Shown piece after piece: positions 1 to 9,236 of a stretch of 32,000 nucleotides of DNA; position 1 is the first letter of the stretch; every line of letters starts with the position of its first letter. Made by a program: the position numbers and the translations under genes. Below the pieces are notes generated by a model. That model ran no database searches and was not told the DNA's origin. It was given only the letters and a program-made list of their open reading frames with translations. Origin of the DNA: Puniceicoccales bacterium (GTDB lineage Bacteria > Verrucomicrobiota > Verrucomicrobiia > Opitutales > JAIRLG01); NCBI GenBank assembly GCA_031288595.1, contig JAITRB010000013.1, positions 1 through 32,000 on the forward strand, written 5' to 3'.

Positions 1-100
1 ACATCCCTTGACAGAGGAGGGCAAATATATGATGAGATTATATTATTCTAATCTTAATCAGGAAAATTAACATCAGCCTCTTAAATATCGTCATCATCCT

Positions 101-718
101 ATGAATAAAATGAGAAATACCATGAGCAAAATAAGAAACATCAGCCTATTCTGCGCACTGCTATCCGCCGGCTTTGCGGGGGCTGATGATGAACATTATC
201 TATCTCCTAAGCTTGGTCCTATCCTATCGGCAGATAAAACGCACCTTCAGTTGAATTTTCCACAAGAAATTGTGGATAAACTAAATAAGTTTATCGCTGG
301 GGTTAAAGGTCATGAAAGATATGGGGCATTTCTTTGTATTCCATCCAGCAACAACTCACTGCGTTGGAGAATACAAAAGGAGTTCTGGATGACTATTGGA
401 GCCATGGCTCCTTATATTAATATGCAGCCAGAGAAACGTGAATCTTTGCTTTCTTCCGAAAATCTTGTTCGTACAGCTCAAACGTTATTGAGTCTTCACG
501 ACTCAAAGATTTTTATTCCCGCACTTTTAGTGATACGTATACAAATTGCTCTAGATTATTTTTTAAGTGATAACGCGGGCGTAAATGATTTTCCTTGCAG
601 AAACTGCCCACGAAACCGTAAAAGACTAAATCCTACCCAACAAGTAATTGAAGAATATAAAAGCTCTTTAGAAGTGATCGCTTCGGATATTGTAAATAGA
701 AGCAATACAAGATCATGA
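101..718 (+). CDS. Secreted hypothetical protein (Sec signal peptide), AT-rich cassette gene 1
   Basis: ATG start. N-terminus has a basic n-region, a hydrophobic core and an AGA|DD-type cleavage site (MSKIRNISLFCALLSAGFAGADDE). Its stop overlaps the next gene's start in ATGA (715-718). Composition is much more AT-rich than the rest of the window. No family recognised. Confidence 0.55.
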   Translation: MNKMRNTMSKIRNISLFCALLSAGFAGADDEHYLSPKLGPILSADKTHLQLNFPQEIVDKLNKFIAGVKGHERYGAFLCIPSSNNSLRWRIQKEFWMTIGAMAPYINMQPEKRESLLSSENLVRTAQTLLSLHDSKIFIPALLVIRIQIALDYFLSDNAGVNDFPCRNCPRNRKRLNPTQQVIEEYKSSLEVIASDIVNRSNTRS

Positions 719-1824
719 AAAGTGCTGCTTTACTGCTAGGATTGCTTGTTACAGTTAGATCTATTTCACCAACGCACGCATGCTTTGCGACATTCCAGGA
801 AGTATGGGCGGGCTATTTTCAGCAAGAGCTTAGAGAAGAATATACCCTTTATGGGAAATTCCTTGATGATCGGTGTCAACGCTTATCACAGCTATGGGAG
901 AAGGCAGTAAGTATCGGTGTCATTCCTTGCAATCGACAGGACCTTGGTTCTCAATGTTCCGCCCCTCATTGTATTTCGAAACCGGTAATCACAGATGAGG
1001 CAGTAATATTTAACATCGGCTGGCTTGATTCCATACAAGGAGGAAATGTTAGCGACCCAGGAACTGCAGCATACTGGGAATTAGCAGCCAGACCCTTAAT
1101 GAGGCGAGGTAGAATTATTGAATCTGGCAATGAGGAAGTCTTGCGAGCGTGTTCGCTTATGAGACCTCAGATAGTTTTCCTTCACGAACTGACTCATTTG
1201 CTTCTACGGATGGAATTTATCTTAGAACCAAGATCAAGATGGACACCGGAAGATATTCGCAATCGCAATTCTGTTTTTGAATCTGCTTATTCTCATTATA
1301 TTATGCAACGGCTTCTCCATATTTCCCCTAGATTCTCAATATTCATGGTACCTGAAGCAGATCCCGATTGCTGTACTTGTTTCTGTGTACGTTATACACC
1401 AGAACGAGCAACTGCTGAAAGCTTAGCTAGGCAATGTGGTATATGTTGGGGAGGTGTCGATGAAGTTCTCGTTATCATGGGGGTAAAACTCATTTTAAAT
1501 GGGAAAGCCCATGTTTTGGGAGAAACGATGCTCCTAAGAAAATTGGCTGCGCTGCACGGATTATCGCCTCACTTCGTGTGCTGGTCGCATCAACTTACTT
1601 TTTTGCCAAATCCCGAGGATCCGGAGAGTACCGTAGAACCGCCAAGGGAATCACTCCTTTGCTCTCATCTCCTTTTCCAGCATAGAGATGCCTTTATGGC
1701 ATTGTGGCGTCATCTTGGCTGGGATGATGTCATTGCAGCACCAGCAGATCCAGCAGCGCCACTGCCATTGCCAGTATCAGAGAGACCCTCATCAGAGCGG
1801 GCACACCAGGGGCGGATGTGCTGA
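715..1824 (+). CDS. Secreted putative zinc metallopeptidase-like protein (single HExxH motif), AT-rich cassette gene 2
   Basis: Signal-peptide-like N-terminus (MKSAALLLGLLVTVRSISPTHA). HExxH in IVFLHELTHLLLRME, with Glu residues downstream (EFILEP, VFESAY) as possible third ligands. Multiple Cys residues and a Pro-rich C-terminal tail. Translationally coupled to the upstream ORF. Family not identifiable by eye. Confidence 0.55.
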   Translation: MKSAALLLGLLVTVRSISPTHACFATFQEVWAGYFQQELREEYTLYGKFLDDRCQRLSQLWEKAVSIGVIPCNRQDLGSQCSAPHCISKPVITDEAVIFNIGWLDSIQGGNVSDPGTAAYWELAARPLMRRGRIIESGNEEVLRACSLMRPQIVFLHELTHLLLRMEFILEPRSRWTPEDIRNRNSVFESAYSHYIMQRLLHISPRFSIFMVPEADPDCCTCFCVRYTPERATAESLARQCGICWGGVDEVLVIMGVKLILNGKAHVLGETMLLRKLAALHGLSPHFVCWSHQLTFLPNPEDPESTVEPPRESLLCSHLLFQHRDAFMALWRHLGWDDVIAAPADPAAPLPLPVSERPSSERAHQGRMC

Positions 1825-2419
1825 TGGCGCATTTAAGGGAAGAAAGTGAGGAGGGCGAGTAAGCCGCAGGCCATCAAGAGGATGCCGCAGCGATAGAATA
1901 AGCTATTCAAGAGGGCGCTGCAGCTCCAGATCTCCCTGTAAGCACTGACCCTATTCCTGCTCCAGGCTCCTATTCTCGTTTCTCCTGATGACGGGATATA
2001 GAGTCAATTCCTCCCAAATCTAGTCCGGCCTTTAGTATTCTCATGCCCTCATTTTTGTCCTTTGTCGAGTGAGTTTCTGCCTCTTTCGACAAGGATATAG
2101 CAGATCGGACCAGCGATCTTTGGGAGAAGACTCCCCGATAGCATTAGCTCTCTCTGAGAGGATAAACGATTATCTCCTATCTCTCATCTAGCCAGGAGTC
2201 TCCATGGCCCAGGCCATAGCTCCGACAGACAAGACATTGAGGACAGTCCGGTGCTAGGGGACGCTGGAGGAATGGACTAGAGAGCAAAGTAGCTGTAGAA
2301 GGATTTTCCCAGGGCGGCGGAAATTCCACCCTAGCCCTTTCTCGTATTTTGTTGCTTGCCAGGACTTTCCATAATCCTATTCTCTGGTAGAGTACCCTCT
2401 TCGACAGAAAGGATGGAAT

Positions 2420-3787
2420 ATGCGTAGTTTTTTTGCGGCGACAAGTGTTGCCTGCTTATTGCTCTTCTCGGGCACTTCCGAGGGCAAGGCCTCAATGGCT
2501 GAAATTCTCCATAGAGAAATAACCGATGTCTGCCAGAGATCGGCCGGATCGGAAGAAATGGGCAATGCGCTCCGTTGTGTTTTAGAATGCACCGACGCCC
2601 TGAGCGCGAATATGGCTTCAACCCCCAAACCTCTTGCTCCGAAGGTGAATGCCTCCGAAGGGCTTCCGGAGCAGCTCACCAAATGCCAATTGGCTCTCGA
2701 GAGACTATGGCAACGACTCTTCCCCGCCCAAGAACAAGCTCAGGCTGAGCAAGCGCCCCCTTCACCAGGAGAGGGGCCATTGATCCTCAAGGTTCTGACC
2801 TTTGCTGATGGGCAGCTGCAGAGGTATTCCAGTGGATTGAAAGCAATTGCTGGCAATAACGCTGCCAAGGGGGTGAGCCTCCAGCTTCGAATCGCCGTTT
2901 ATCACATGAGGCAGAGGACAAGGCATCAGATTTTTTGGAAAGAGATGTCGGCCTCACAGTTGCACTTGGCGACCTTGCTTTGGCAGTTATTACCCGTCGA
3001 TCGCCAGGCAGCTATCGCCCAAATGATCGAATCCGCAAGACGCCCTGGGTTTGCCATGGCCCTGCAGGCCGCAGATAATAGCAGCGGATACTCGCAGCTG
3101 CAGCAATTGATGGACGGGAATCAAGATCTCAAAAATGCCATAGCATGGGGTTTGAAATCTGCCAATGGCCCTTGGATGGGCCACGGCCCCTGTCCGCCTG
3201 GAGAGGCCCGTCGTGGAATGTGTGGACCAGCAGGATGTCATCGGCCTGGAGGTCCTCGTGGATGTCACGGCGGCCACGGACACCCGGGCCCTGGCAGCAG
3301 GCTAGCACCCCCTCCTCCGGGATCTGGACACCCAGGGCATCCCCATGGAGGACATAGGGGACCTGGAGGCCAGGGATTTGGAGGTCCCCATGGCCCTGGA
3401 GGCCCTCGTGGATGTCACGGCGGCCACGGACACCCGGGCCCTGGTAGCAGGCTAGCACCCCCTCCTCCGGGATCTGGACATCCAGGGCATCCTCATGGAG
3501 GGCATAGGGGACCTGGAGGCCAGGGATTTGGAGGCCCCCATGGCCCTAGAGGTCCTCATGGATATCACGGCGGTCACGGACACCCGGGCCCTGGCAACAG
3601 GCTAGCACCCCCTCCTCCGGGATCTGGATATCCAGGGCACCCCCATGGAGGACATAGGGGACCTGGAGGCCAGGGATTTGGAGAGCGCATGGGGCCGCCG
3701 AGAGGGCCATGGGAACACAGGCACAGAGGAAGACCGTTTCATAACGGAGGCCCGAAGGGATTCTGGGACCATGGTGAGGAAGAATAA
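2420..3787 (+). CDS. Secreted His/Gly/Pro-rich repeat protein (possible periplasmic metal-binding or Spy/CpxP-like protein)
   Basis: ATG preceded by aaaggatgg. Signal peptide MRSFFAATSVACLLLFSGTSEGKA. The C-terminal third is three 50-aa tandem units (GGPRGCHGGHGHPGPGSRLAPPPPGSGHPGHPHGGHRGPGGQGFGGPHGP). Repeat units 1 and 2 differ only at synonymous sites, which argues for a real, selected coding frame. Confidence 0.7.
   Translation: MRSFFAATSVACLLLFSGTSEGKASMAEILHREITDVCQRSAGSEEMGNALRCVLECTDALSANMASTPKPLAPKVNASEGLPEQLTKCQLALERLWQRLFPAQEQAQAEQAPPSPGEGPLILKVLTFADGQLQRYSSGLKAIAGNNAAKGVSLQLRIAVYHMRQRTRHQIFWKEMSASQLHLATLLWQLLPVDRQAAIAQMIESARRPGFAMALQAADNSSGYSQLQQLMDGNQDLKNAIAWGLKSANGPWMGHGPCPPGEARRGMCGPAGCHRPGGPRGCHGGHGHPGPGSRLAPPPPGSGHPGHPHGGHRGPGGQGFGGPHGPGGPRGCHGGHGHPGPGSRLAPPPPGSGHPGHPHGGHRGPGGQGFGGPHGPRGPHGYHGGHGHPGPGNRLAPPPPGSGYPGHPHGGHRGPGGQGFGERMGPPRGPWEHRHRGRPFHNGGPKGFWDHGEEE
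3248..3697 (+). repeat. 3 x 150-nt in-frame tandem repeat inside the His/Gly/Pro-rich CDS
   Basis: Units start at 3248, 3398 and 3548, an exact 150-nt period. Units 1 and 2 differ at 6 positions, all synonymous third-codon positions. Unit 3 carries several nonsynonymous changes (C to Y, S to N, H to Y, R to H) and diverges near 3685. Confidence 0.9.
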
Positions 3788-4321
3788 TCTTCGGAAGCAC
3801 CGGCGAGTTTTAGAATTCCAGGACAAGCAGGAGATCAGCACTTTCCCGAAAGGCACCGAGGGCCAGGATTTCATCACAGAGGGCCTACGATGCGCGTAGG
3901 GTGACACGGGCTCCATGGCAGATGGTAGCAGAGAGCCAAATGCAGATGAAGGCAACGCAAAGCGGAGATGCGATGCAAGCTGAAGATGATTTCCAATAAA
4001 GAGAACTAAGCCAGTTCCGAGAGAGAAGAAAGATCGAGAAGCTGCGGGAAATATTCCTCCCTTGCAGCCATTCCCCCATAGAGGAGTTGCTGGGACGTGC
4101 TCAGTCTCAAATCCTTCTTTTCAGCTGTAGGTCTGCAGCAGAACAAAAACAGGGATAGCAGCTCAACGGAATCTTCTTGACCAGGAACCTTATCGTTCCA
4201 AAATGCTGCGCCGAATTTCCTTTTGCTGCTGAGGCATTTCACTGGAATGTGTTCGCCCTCGGCTCAGAAGAGGGAAAGCGGTTTGATCAGATGGTTCTTT
4301 GAAAGTCAGGGGAAATTTTTT

Positions 4322-4715
4322 GGGGGTGTTACGGATTCGACGATGAATCGTAGGATAGGGTCGCAGGTCGGGGATGATGGTTGGCCCCGTTGACAATCCA
4401 TCAAAACACTAAATGGCGTTACAAGCAGAAAGAGGAGGAGAGTGATGAAGCTCTGCTTCTCCAGCAAAGCCAAACTCGCCGCTTAATCAAAAGTGGCACA
4501 CGAGGAATTCCGATACTCGCTGAGAGTTCATCGTGTCGATTCGAGCGAGTCGGGGATTTGCCGGTACACGGGTGAATTCACGTAAATCTGTGTACTCGTC
4601 GCCGAGCGGTTGGCTACGTGGCGGTTCGGCGATTAAATTCTCCAAGCAGCTAAGCCTGTAGAAGCTCTATGCGAAAATTTATGGGACGCGGGTTCGATTC
4701 CCGCCACCTCCACCA
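4322..4715 (+). ncRNA. ssrA: tmRNA (transfer-messenger RNA, SsrA), one-piece
   Basis: 5' end GGGGGTGTTACGGATTCGACG and 3' end GGACGCGGGTTCGATTCCCGCCACCTCCACCA match the tmRNA tRNA-like domain. The acceptor stem GGGGGTG/CACCTCC contains the G3:U wobble (alanine identity). T-arm is GCGGG-TTCGATT-CCCGC, and CCA is encoded. A candidate tag frame ends ...AAA GCC AAA CTC GCC GCT TAA (..KAKLAA-stop, stop at 4484-4486). Confidence 0.9.
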
Positions 4716-4805
4716 GCTTTTATCCGCTGACTTTAGCTTTCTATAGCCGGTAGCGGCTCCTTTCGCCCCAGAGCCCCTTTTGGCTAATGGTGCGACGGGC
4801 TGGGT

Positions 4806-4873
4806 GCCGCCACCTTTGGAATCCCTCGGACTCATCCACAGAGCGGGCTGCGCTCCCGCGCAAAGGTGGGGGC
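4806..4873. repeat. Possible degenerate relative of the four-helix intergenic element, between convergent ssrA and RND genes
   Basis: Outer inverted repeat GCCGCCACCTTT (4806-4817) / AAAGGTGGGGGC (4862-4873) pairs at 11 of 12 positions. The interior has a CCTCGG motif and the GC hairpin GCGGG-CTGCGCT-CCCGC. It lacks the AT-rich third hairpin. Confidence 0.3.
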
Positions 4874-4944
4874 AAAATAGCTTGCCGTTCCCTTTTTTCC
4901 CAGAAACACGGAGCTCTTGGGCTCGATGGGGCCCTTGAAAGCCC

Positions 4945-7900
4945 TTAGTGTAGCTCTCGAGCGAAGAAGGGAATCCGGTCCAGGACCTTGGTCTGAAAAG
5001 TGTCGAAATACACGAAAAAGGCCGGCAAGATGTAGAGGGTTACAATTTGGGCAAGTACTAATCCCCCGACGACGACCAGACCCAGTGGCAGGCGAGAGGC
5101 CCCATCAGCTCCCCAGCCCACTGCAATCGGCAGCATGCCCATGAGGGTCGCCAGGGTCGTCATGATAATAGGACGGAAACGATCCATGCAGGCCTTGTGG
5201 GCCGCCTCACGGGCACTGAACCCTTCCTTCTGGCGATCCAGTGCAAAGTCGACCATCATGATCCCATTCTTCAGCACAACACCCAGAAGTATGAAGAGTC
5301 CGATGAATCCGTAAAGGGACAAGTCCTGGTGGCAGAAAAAGAGCATCCACAGGCCACCCACCGCCGCAACGGGCAATACGGACAGCACCGTGAGCGGGTG
5401 CACATAGCTCTCGTACAGCACCCCCAGGATGAAATAGAGTACTAGAATAGTTACTCCCAGGAGGGCAAGGATGGCCTGATGGGTCTCCCTAAAGGTCTTC
5501 GCCTCCCCTTCGAACTCTCCATTGACCCCACCGGCTGACGTGATGGCCTTCGCCCTGGCCTCAATAAAGGCCGTCGCTTCGCCGATCGTGTACTGCGGTT
5601 GCAGGTCGAAGAAGATCGATACGGAGGGGAAATTATTCGTGTGATTGATGACGAGGGGGCCTGCTTTCTCCTCGGTATCGACGACCGAAGTCAGCGGGAG
5701 CAAGTCCCCATGGGAACGCAGGTAGAGCCTGTTCAGATCGCTAATTCCGCTCCTCTGATCCTTCTGGGCTGCGGCGATCACCGGATACTGCTGCCGCTCC
5801 TCCTTGACCTGGGCAGAGAAATTTTCAGAAAAATTCTGCTTCAGGGCATTTTCAAAATCCTGGGCCGAAATCCCGTAATGCGTCGCCTGACGGCGATCCA
5901 TCCGCATTTCGGCAGTGGGGTTGTTCAGAAACATGTCCGAGGACAGCGAGGAAAATCCGGGATTTTTTCTCAGGTCCGCCAGGAGTTTTCCCGCCGCAGC
6001 GTAGAGGGAGGCAGTATCGGTGGCCCTCAGGATGAAGGCATATTTCCCCTGGTTGTTCGCGATGCCTCCGGTACTGACCGAGAGATTGGGCAGCGGGCGT
6101 ATGGCCGCAAAGACTCCCGGGATACTGAAGAGATTTCCCGATAGTTCCCGCACGACATGCTGTATCTTCGGCCGCTTCCCCTCCTCTAAAAACCCGATCA
6201 CCATGCCCTGGTTAGAAGGGAACATACCCGTAAGGCCCGTCAGGGTGATGAATTGACGCACGGAGGGATGGGACTTCAAAACCGCCGCCACCTGGGATTG
6301 ATAGTTGTCCATCTGCTGGGGGGACGTTCCCTCCTGAGTGATGAAGACTCCGATCATCACCCCGCTGTCCCCCTCGGGAAGGAAGGTCGTCGGCAGGGCC
6401 CTAAAGGCGTAGAATGTTCCGACGAGAGAGAGGAACCAGATGAGAATCGCCAGTACCTTGCAGTTCAAAAACTTATTCAATGTCCAACCGTAGAATTTCA
6501 AGAAACCGTGTTCCACGTGCTGGGCAAAGATTTCCAGCTTCGTTCGGGTGCCCTGCTGGATCGGGCGCAGCATTCGGGCACACATCATGGGCGTAAGCGT
6601 CAGGGAAATGACACCGGAGGCGGAGACTGCCACAATGACGGTCACGGAAAACTCGCGGAACACGCGGCCCATCTGCCCAGGCAGCAGGACCATCGGGATG
6701 AACACGGCGCAGAGGGACAGGGTCATCGCGAGAATCGTGAAACCAATCTCCTTTCCGCCCTCGACGGAAGCCTCGAATGGAGATTCGCGGAAGTCCTCCA
6801 TGCGCCGCACCATGTTCTCCAGAAAGACGATGGCATCGTCGACCAGAAAGCCGACGGATAGTGTCAATGCCAGTAGGGATAGATTGTCCAGGCTATAGCC
6901 CAGGAACCACATGACAATGAAGGTGATGAGCAGCGACAGGAGCAGAGCCACTGCCGGGATGACGGTTTCCGTCAGACGGCCCAGGAACAGAAATACCACA
7001 ACTACGACCAAGGCAAAGGCGATGAGTATCGTTTCCTTCACGTCATCGATGGAGGCGATGATGGTCCTCGAACGGTCATCTATGGGAATCAGCTCAATCG
7101 AACCAGGCAGCTGGGCCTTAAGCATCGGAATCAGCTGGTTGATCTCCTGAGAAACCTTCACGGCATTGGCACCGGCGGCCTTGGTCGTCGCGATGATGAT
7201 CGTCGCTCCCGCAGTAAAATCATTCCCGCGCGACCAGAAATGATTCCTCAGCTCATCGCTTTCCAATCCCTCCACCGCCTCGCCCAAATCCTTCAGGTAG
7301 ACCGGACTTCCGTTCTTGTACGCCACCACGAGATTCTCGTATTCCTCCGGTGTTCTCAGCTGCCCCTCCGGTTTCAGGACGAGGGTACCACTATCGCCTT
7401 TCAGACTGCCGGCGGCCAGGGTCACCGTCCCATGCTGAACCGCCTGGACGACATTATCCATGGTCAGACCTCGGCTCGTGAGCTTCTCCAGATTGAGGGA
7501 GAGGCGCACCGCCCTGGGAACGCCGAAAATGTCGGTCTGGGCCACGCCCGGTAGCACGCTGATGCGCTGGGCCACCTCATCTCGGGCATAGTCGTAGAGT
7601 TCGCCGTTCGTGAGGGTTGCGCTGCGCAGGCACATGTAATGAATGGCCTTGTTATTAGGGTCTGATTTTTGGAAAACCGGCGGTGTGGGAAGGTCTTTCG
7701 GGAGCTTAGCTGTCGCTCGAGAGATGGCCGACTGCACATCCATCGCGGCGGCATCGATGTTCCGGTCGAGCCCAAATTGCAAGGTCAGACGGCTCTGGCC
7801 CTGCATGTTCCTGGAAGTCACAAGCTCTAGACCGGAAATCTTGAGGAATTCCTTTTCCAGCGGCGTCGCCACATTGGCCGCCATCATCGCCGCATCCATA

Positions 7901-8061
7901 CCTGGGAAAGAGGCGAAGACCTGGATGACCGGATAATCGACTGTGGGTAAATCGCTGACCGGCAGGGAGCGATAGGCATAGAGCCCCAGGAAAGTGAGGG
8001 CCGTTGCGACCAATACCGTCATGACCGGACGCCGGATGAATGGCTCTGAAATACTTTTCAT
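4945..8061 (-). CDS. RND efflux transporter, inner-membrane permease (HAE1 / AcrB-MdtB-like)
   Basis: About 1040 aa with a 12-TM architecture. The N-terminus MKSISEPFIRRPVMTVLV is typical of AcrB/MdtB. The TM4 motif GFLVDDAIVFLEN is the HAE1 type. The ORF track extends to 8139, but the ATG at 8059-8061 gives the canonical N-terminus and avoids overlapping the upstream MFP gene. Confidence 0.9.
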   Translation of the reverse strand: MKSISEPFIRRPVMTVLVATALTFLGLYAYRSLPVSDLPTVDYPVIQVFASFPGMDAAMMAANVATPLEKEFLKISGLELVTSRNMQGQSRLTLQFGLDRNIDAAAMDVQSAISRATAKLPKDLPTPPVFQKSDPNNKAIHYMCLRSATLTNGELYDYARDEVAQRISVLPGVAQTDIFGVPRAVRLSLNLEKLTSRGLTMDNVVQAVQHGTVTLAAGSLKGDSGTLVLKPEGQLRTPEEYENLVVAYKNGSPVYLKDLGEAVEGLESDELRNHFWSRGNDFTAGATIIIATTKAAGANAVKVSQEINQLIPMLKAQLPGSIELIPIDDRSRTIIASIDDVKETILIAFALVVVVVFLFLGRLTETVIPAVALLLSLLITFIVMWFLGYSLDNLSLLALTLSVGFLVDDAIVFLENMVRRMEDFRESPFEASVEGGKEIGFTILAMTLSLCAVFIPMVLLPGQMGRVFREFSVTVIVAVSASGVISLTLTPMMCARMLRPIQQGTRTKLEIFAQHVEHGFLKFYGWTLNKFLNCKVLAILIWFLSLVGTFYAFRALPTTFLPEGDSGVMIGVFITQEGTSPQQMDNYQSQVAAVLKSHPSVRQFITLTGLTGMFPSNQGMVIGFLEEGKRPKIQHVVRELSGNLFSIPGVFAAIRPLPNLSVSTGGIANNQGKYAFILRATDTASLYAAAGKLLADLRKNPGFSSLSSDMFLNNPTAEMRMDRRQATHYGISAQDFENALKQNFSENFSAQVKEERQQYPVIAAAQKDQRSGISDLNRLYLRSHGDLLPLTSVVDTEEKAGPLVINHTNNFPSVSIFFDLQPQYTIGEATAFIEARAKAITSAGGVNGEFEGEAKTFRETHQAILALLGVTILVLYFILGVLYESYVHPLTVLSVLPVAAVGGLWMLFFCHQDLSLYGFIGLFILLGVVLKNGIMMVDFALDRQKEGFSAREAAHKACMDRFRPIIMTTLATLMGMLPIAVGWGADGASRLPLGLVVVGGLVLAQIVTLYILPAFFVYFDTFQTKVLDRIPFFARELH

Positions 8062-8107
8062 CTGGGAGAATTCTGATTCTTCTGAAGAAGCCCCTTCGAC
8101 ATTCCAT

Positions 8108-9235
8108 TTACTGCTGCGGCAGGACGAGCACGGAGGCACCTGGCGCCAACATCATCTGTCCCTGCGCCACGACTTCTTCGCCGGTCGACACCCCTCGAGT
8201 AATGGCGATGAGCTCGCCCTGCTTCTGTCCCTTCTGCACGGGGCGCAATTCGACCGTGCGGTCCGGCTTGATGACGAAGAGATAATGCCCCTGTGCCCCC
8301 AGCTTCACGCAGGTTTCTGGCAATAGAACGGCATTCCTCAGGGTTTTCAGGATGAGCTGGACCGAGACTGACTCTCCCGGCCACAGAGTTTGCGACGGGT
8401 TCGGCACTTCAGCCCGCAGGTGCAAATTGCCCGTCAACGGATCGATGGCATTGGGAAGGAAGCGCAAGCTCCCCTCAGCCGAACGCGAAGGTTCCGACAG
8501 AGATTGGAGCAGGAGCTTCGTCCCCTCCTCGGCATCGAAGTGCTGCTGCAGTTGCGGGAACTGATTCTCTGAAATGCTGAAGTCTACGTAGAGCGGGTCC
8601 AATTTTCTCAGGTTGAGCAGTACCTTTCCCGAGCCGGCGGCGACCACATTGCCGACATCCAATTCGTATTTACCCACCAGACCCGTAATGGGAGCTTTTA
8701 GGGAACAGTGCTCCAGATTTACCAGAGCCGCATCGAGCTGGCTCTGGGCCAGTTGCACATTCGCCCGACTCTGTTCCACTCGAGCTGCCCGCAACTCGAA
8801 TTCCTGCGAGGAGATGTAGCTTTCGGGGACCAGCGGCTTGGAACGCTCGTACTGCGCCTCATCGATCTTTAGCTGCGAACGGGCTTTGGCGAGCTCGGCC
8901 CTGGCCTTTTCGACGGCAGCAGCGTAGAGCCGATTATCCAGCGAGAAGAGAAGTTCCCCCTTTTGAACGACACTTCCCTGCTTGAAATGAATCGCTACGA
9001 TTTCCCCAGAGACCTGCGGGACGACCTGTATCTCCTCCGAGGCGCGCAGGTGGCCTAGCGCTTCGAGATAGAGCGGCACATCTCGTTCCTGGGCCAGAAC
9101 GGAACGGACAGGTGTCGGTGGCCGCTGGGATGGAGCTGTCGGAACAGAACTGGAATTCCGGCAGGCCGCCAGTCCAAGAGCCAGAAGGCCTATGAACCCC
9201 CAGCGCATGGGAGAAAATTTATATTTCATGGACAT
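8108..9235 (-). CDS. RND efflux membrane fusion protein (periplasmic adaptor, AcrA/MdtA/HlyD family), lipoprotein
   Basis: Lipobox LLALGLAAC. Lipoyl-like motif VSGEIVAIHFKQGSVVQKGELLFSLD followed by a coiled-coil hairpin. Sits immediately upstream of the RND permease. Confidence 0.9.
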   Translation of the reverse strand: MSMKYKFSPMRWGFIGLLALGLAACRNSSSVPTAPSQRPPTPVRSVLAQERDVPLYLEALGHLRASEEIQVVPQVSGEIVAIHFKQGSVVQKGELLFSLDNRLYAAAVEKARAELAKARSQLKIDEAQYERSKPLVPESYISSQEFELRAARVEQSRANVQLAQSQLDAALVNLEHCSLKAPITGLVGKYELDVGNVVAAGSGKVLLNLRKLDPLYVDFSISENQFPQLQQHFDAEEGTKLLLQSLSEPSRSAEGSLRFLPNAIDPLTGNLHLRAEVPNPSQTLWPGESVSVQLILKTLRNAVLLPETCVKLGAQGHYLFVIKPDRTVELRPVQKGQKQGELIAITRGVSTGEEVVAQGQMMLAPGASVLVLPQQ

Positions 9236-9236
9236 A

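Noticed and set aside
3248..3697. Regular 150-nt tandem repeats considered as a CRISPR-like or satellite array. The same question arose for 11631-12473.
   Set aside because: The repeats are contiguous with no unique spacers. They are in frame within long ORFs and show a synonymous-only divergence pattern (units 1 and 2), so they are coding repeats.
4381..4835. ORFs 4381-4575 (+) and 4650-4835 (-) in the ORF track.
   Set aside because: They fall within or across the tmRNA gene. The RNA assignment (acceptor stem with G:U, T-arm, CCA) explains this sequence.
8062..8139. The 26-codon N-terminal extension of the RND permease ORF (MPPCSSCRSSKWNVEGASSEESEFSQ).
   Set aside because: The canonical AcrB/MdtB N-terminus begins at the internal ATG (8059-8061). 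The extension would overlap the MFP gene's 3' end and is Cys/Ser-rich non-membrane sequence.
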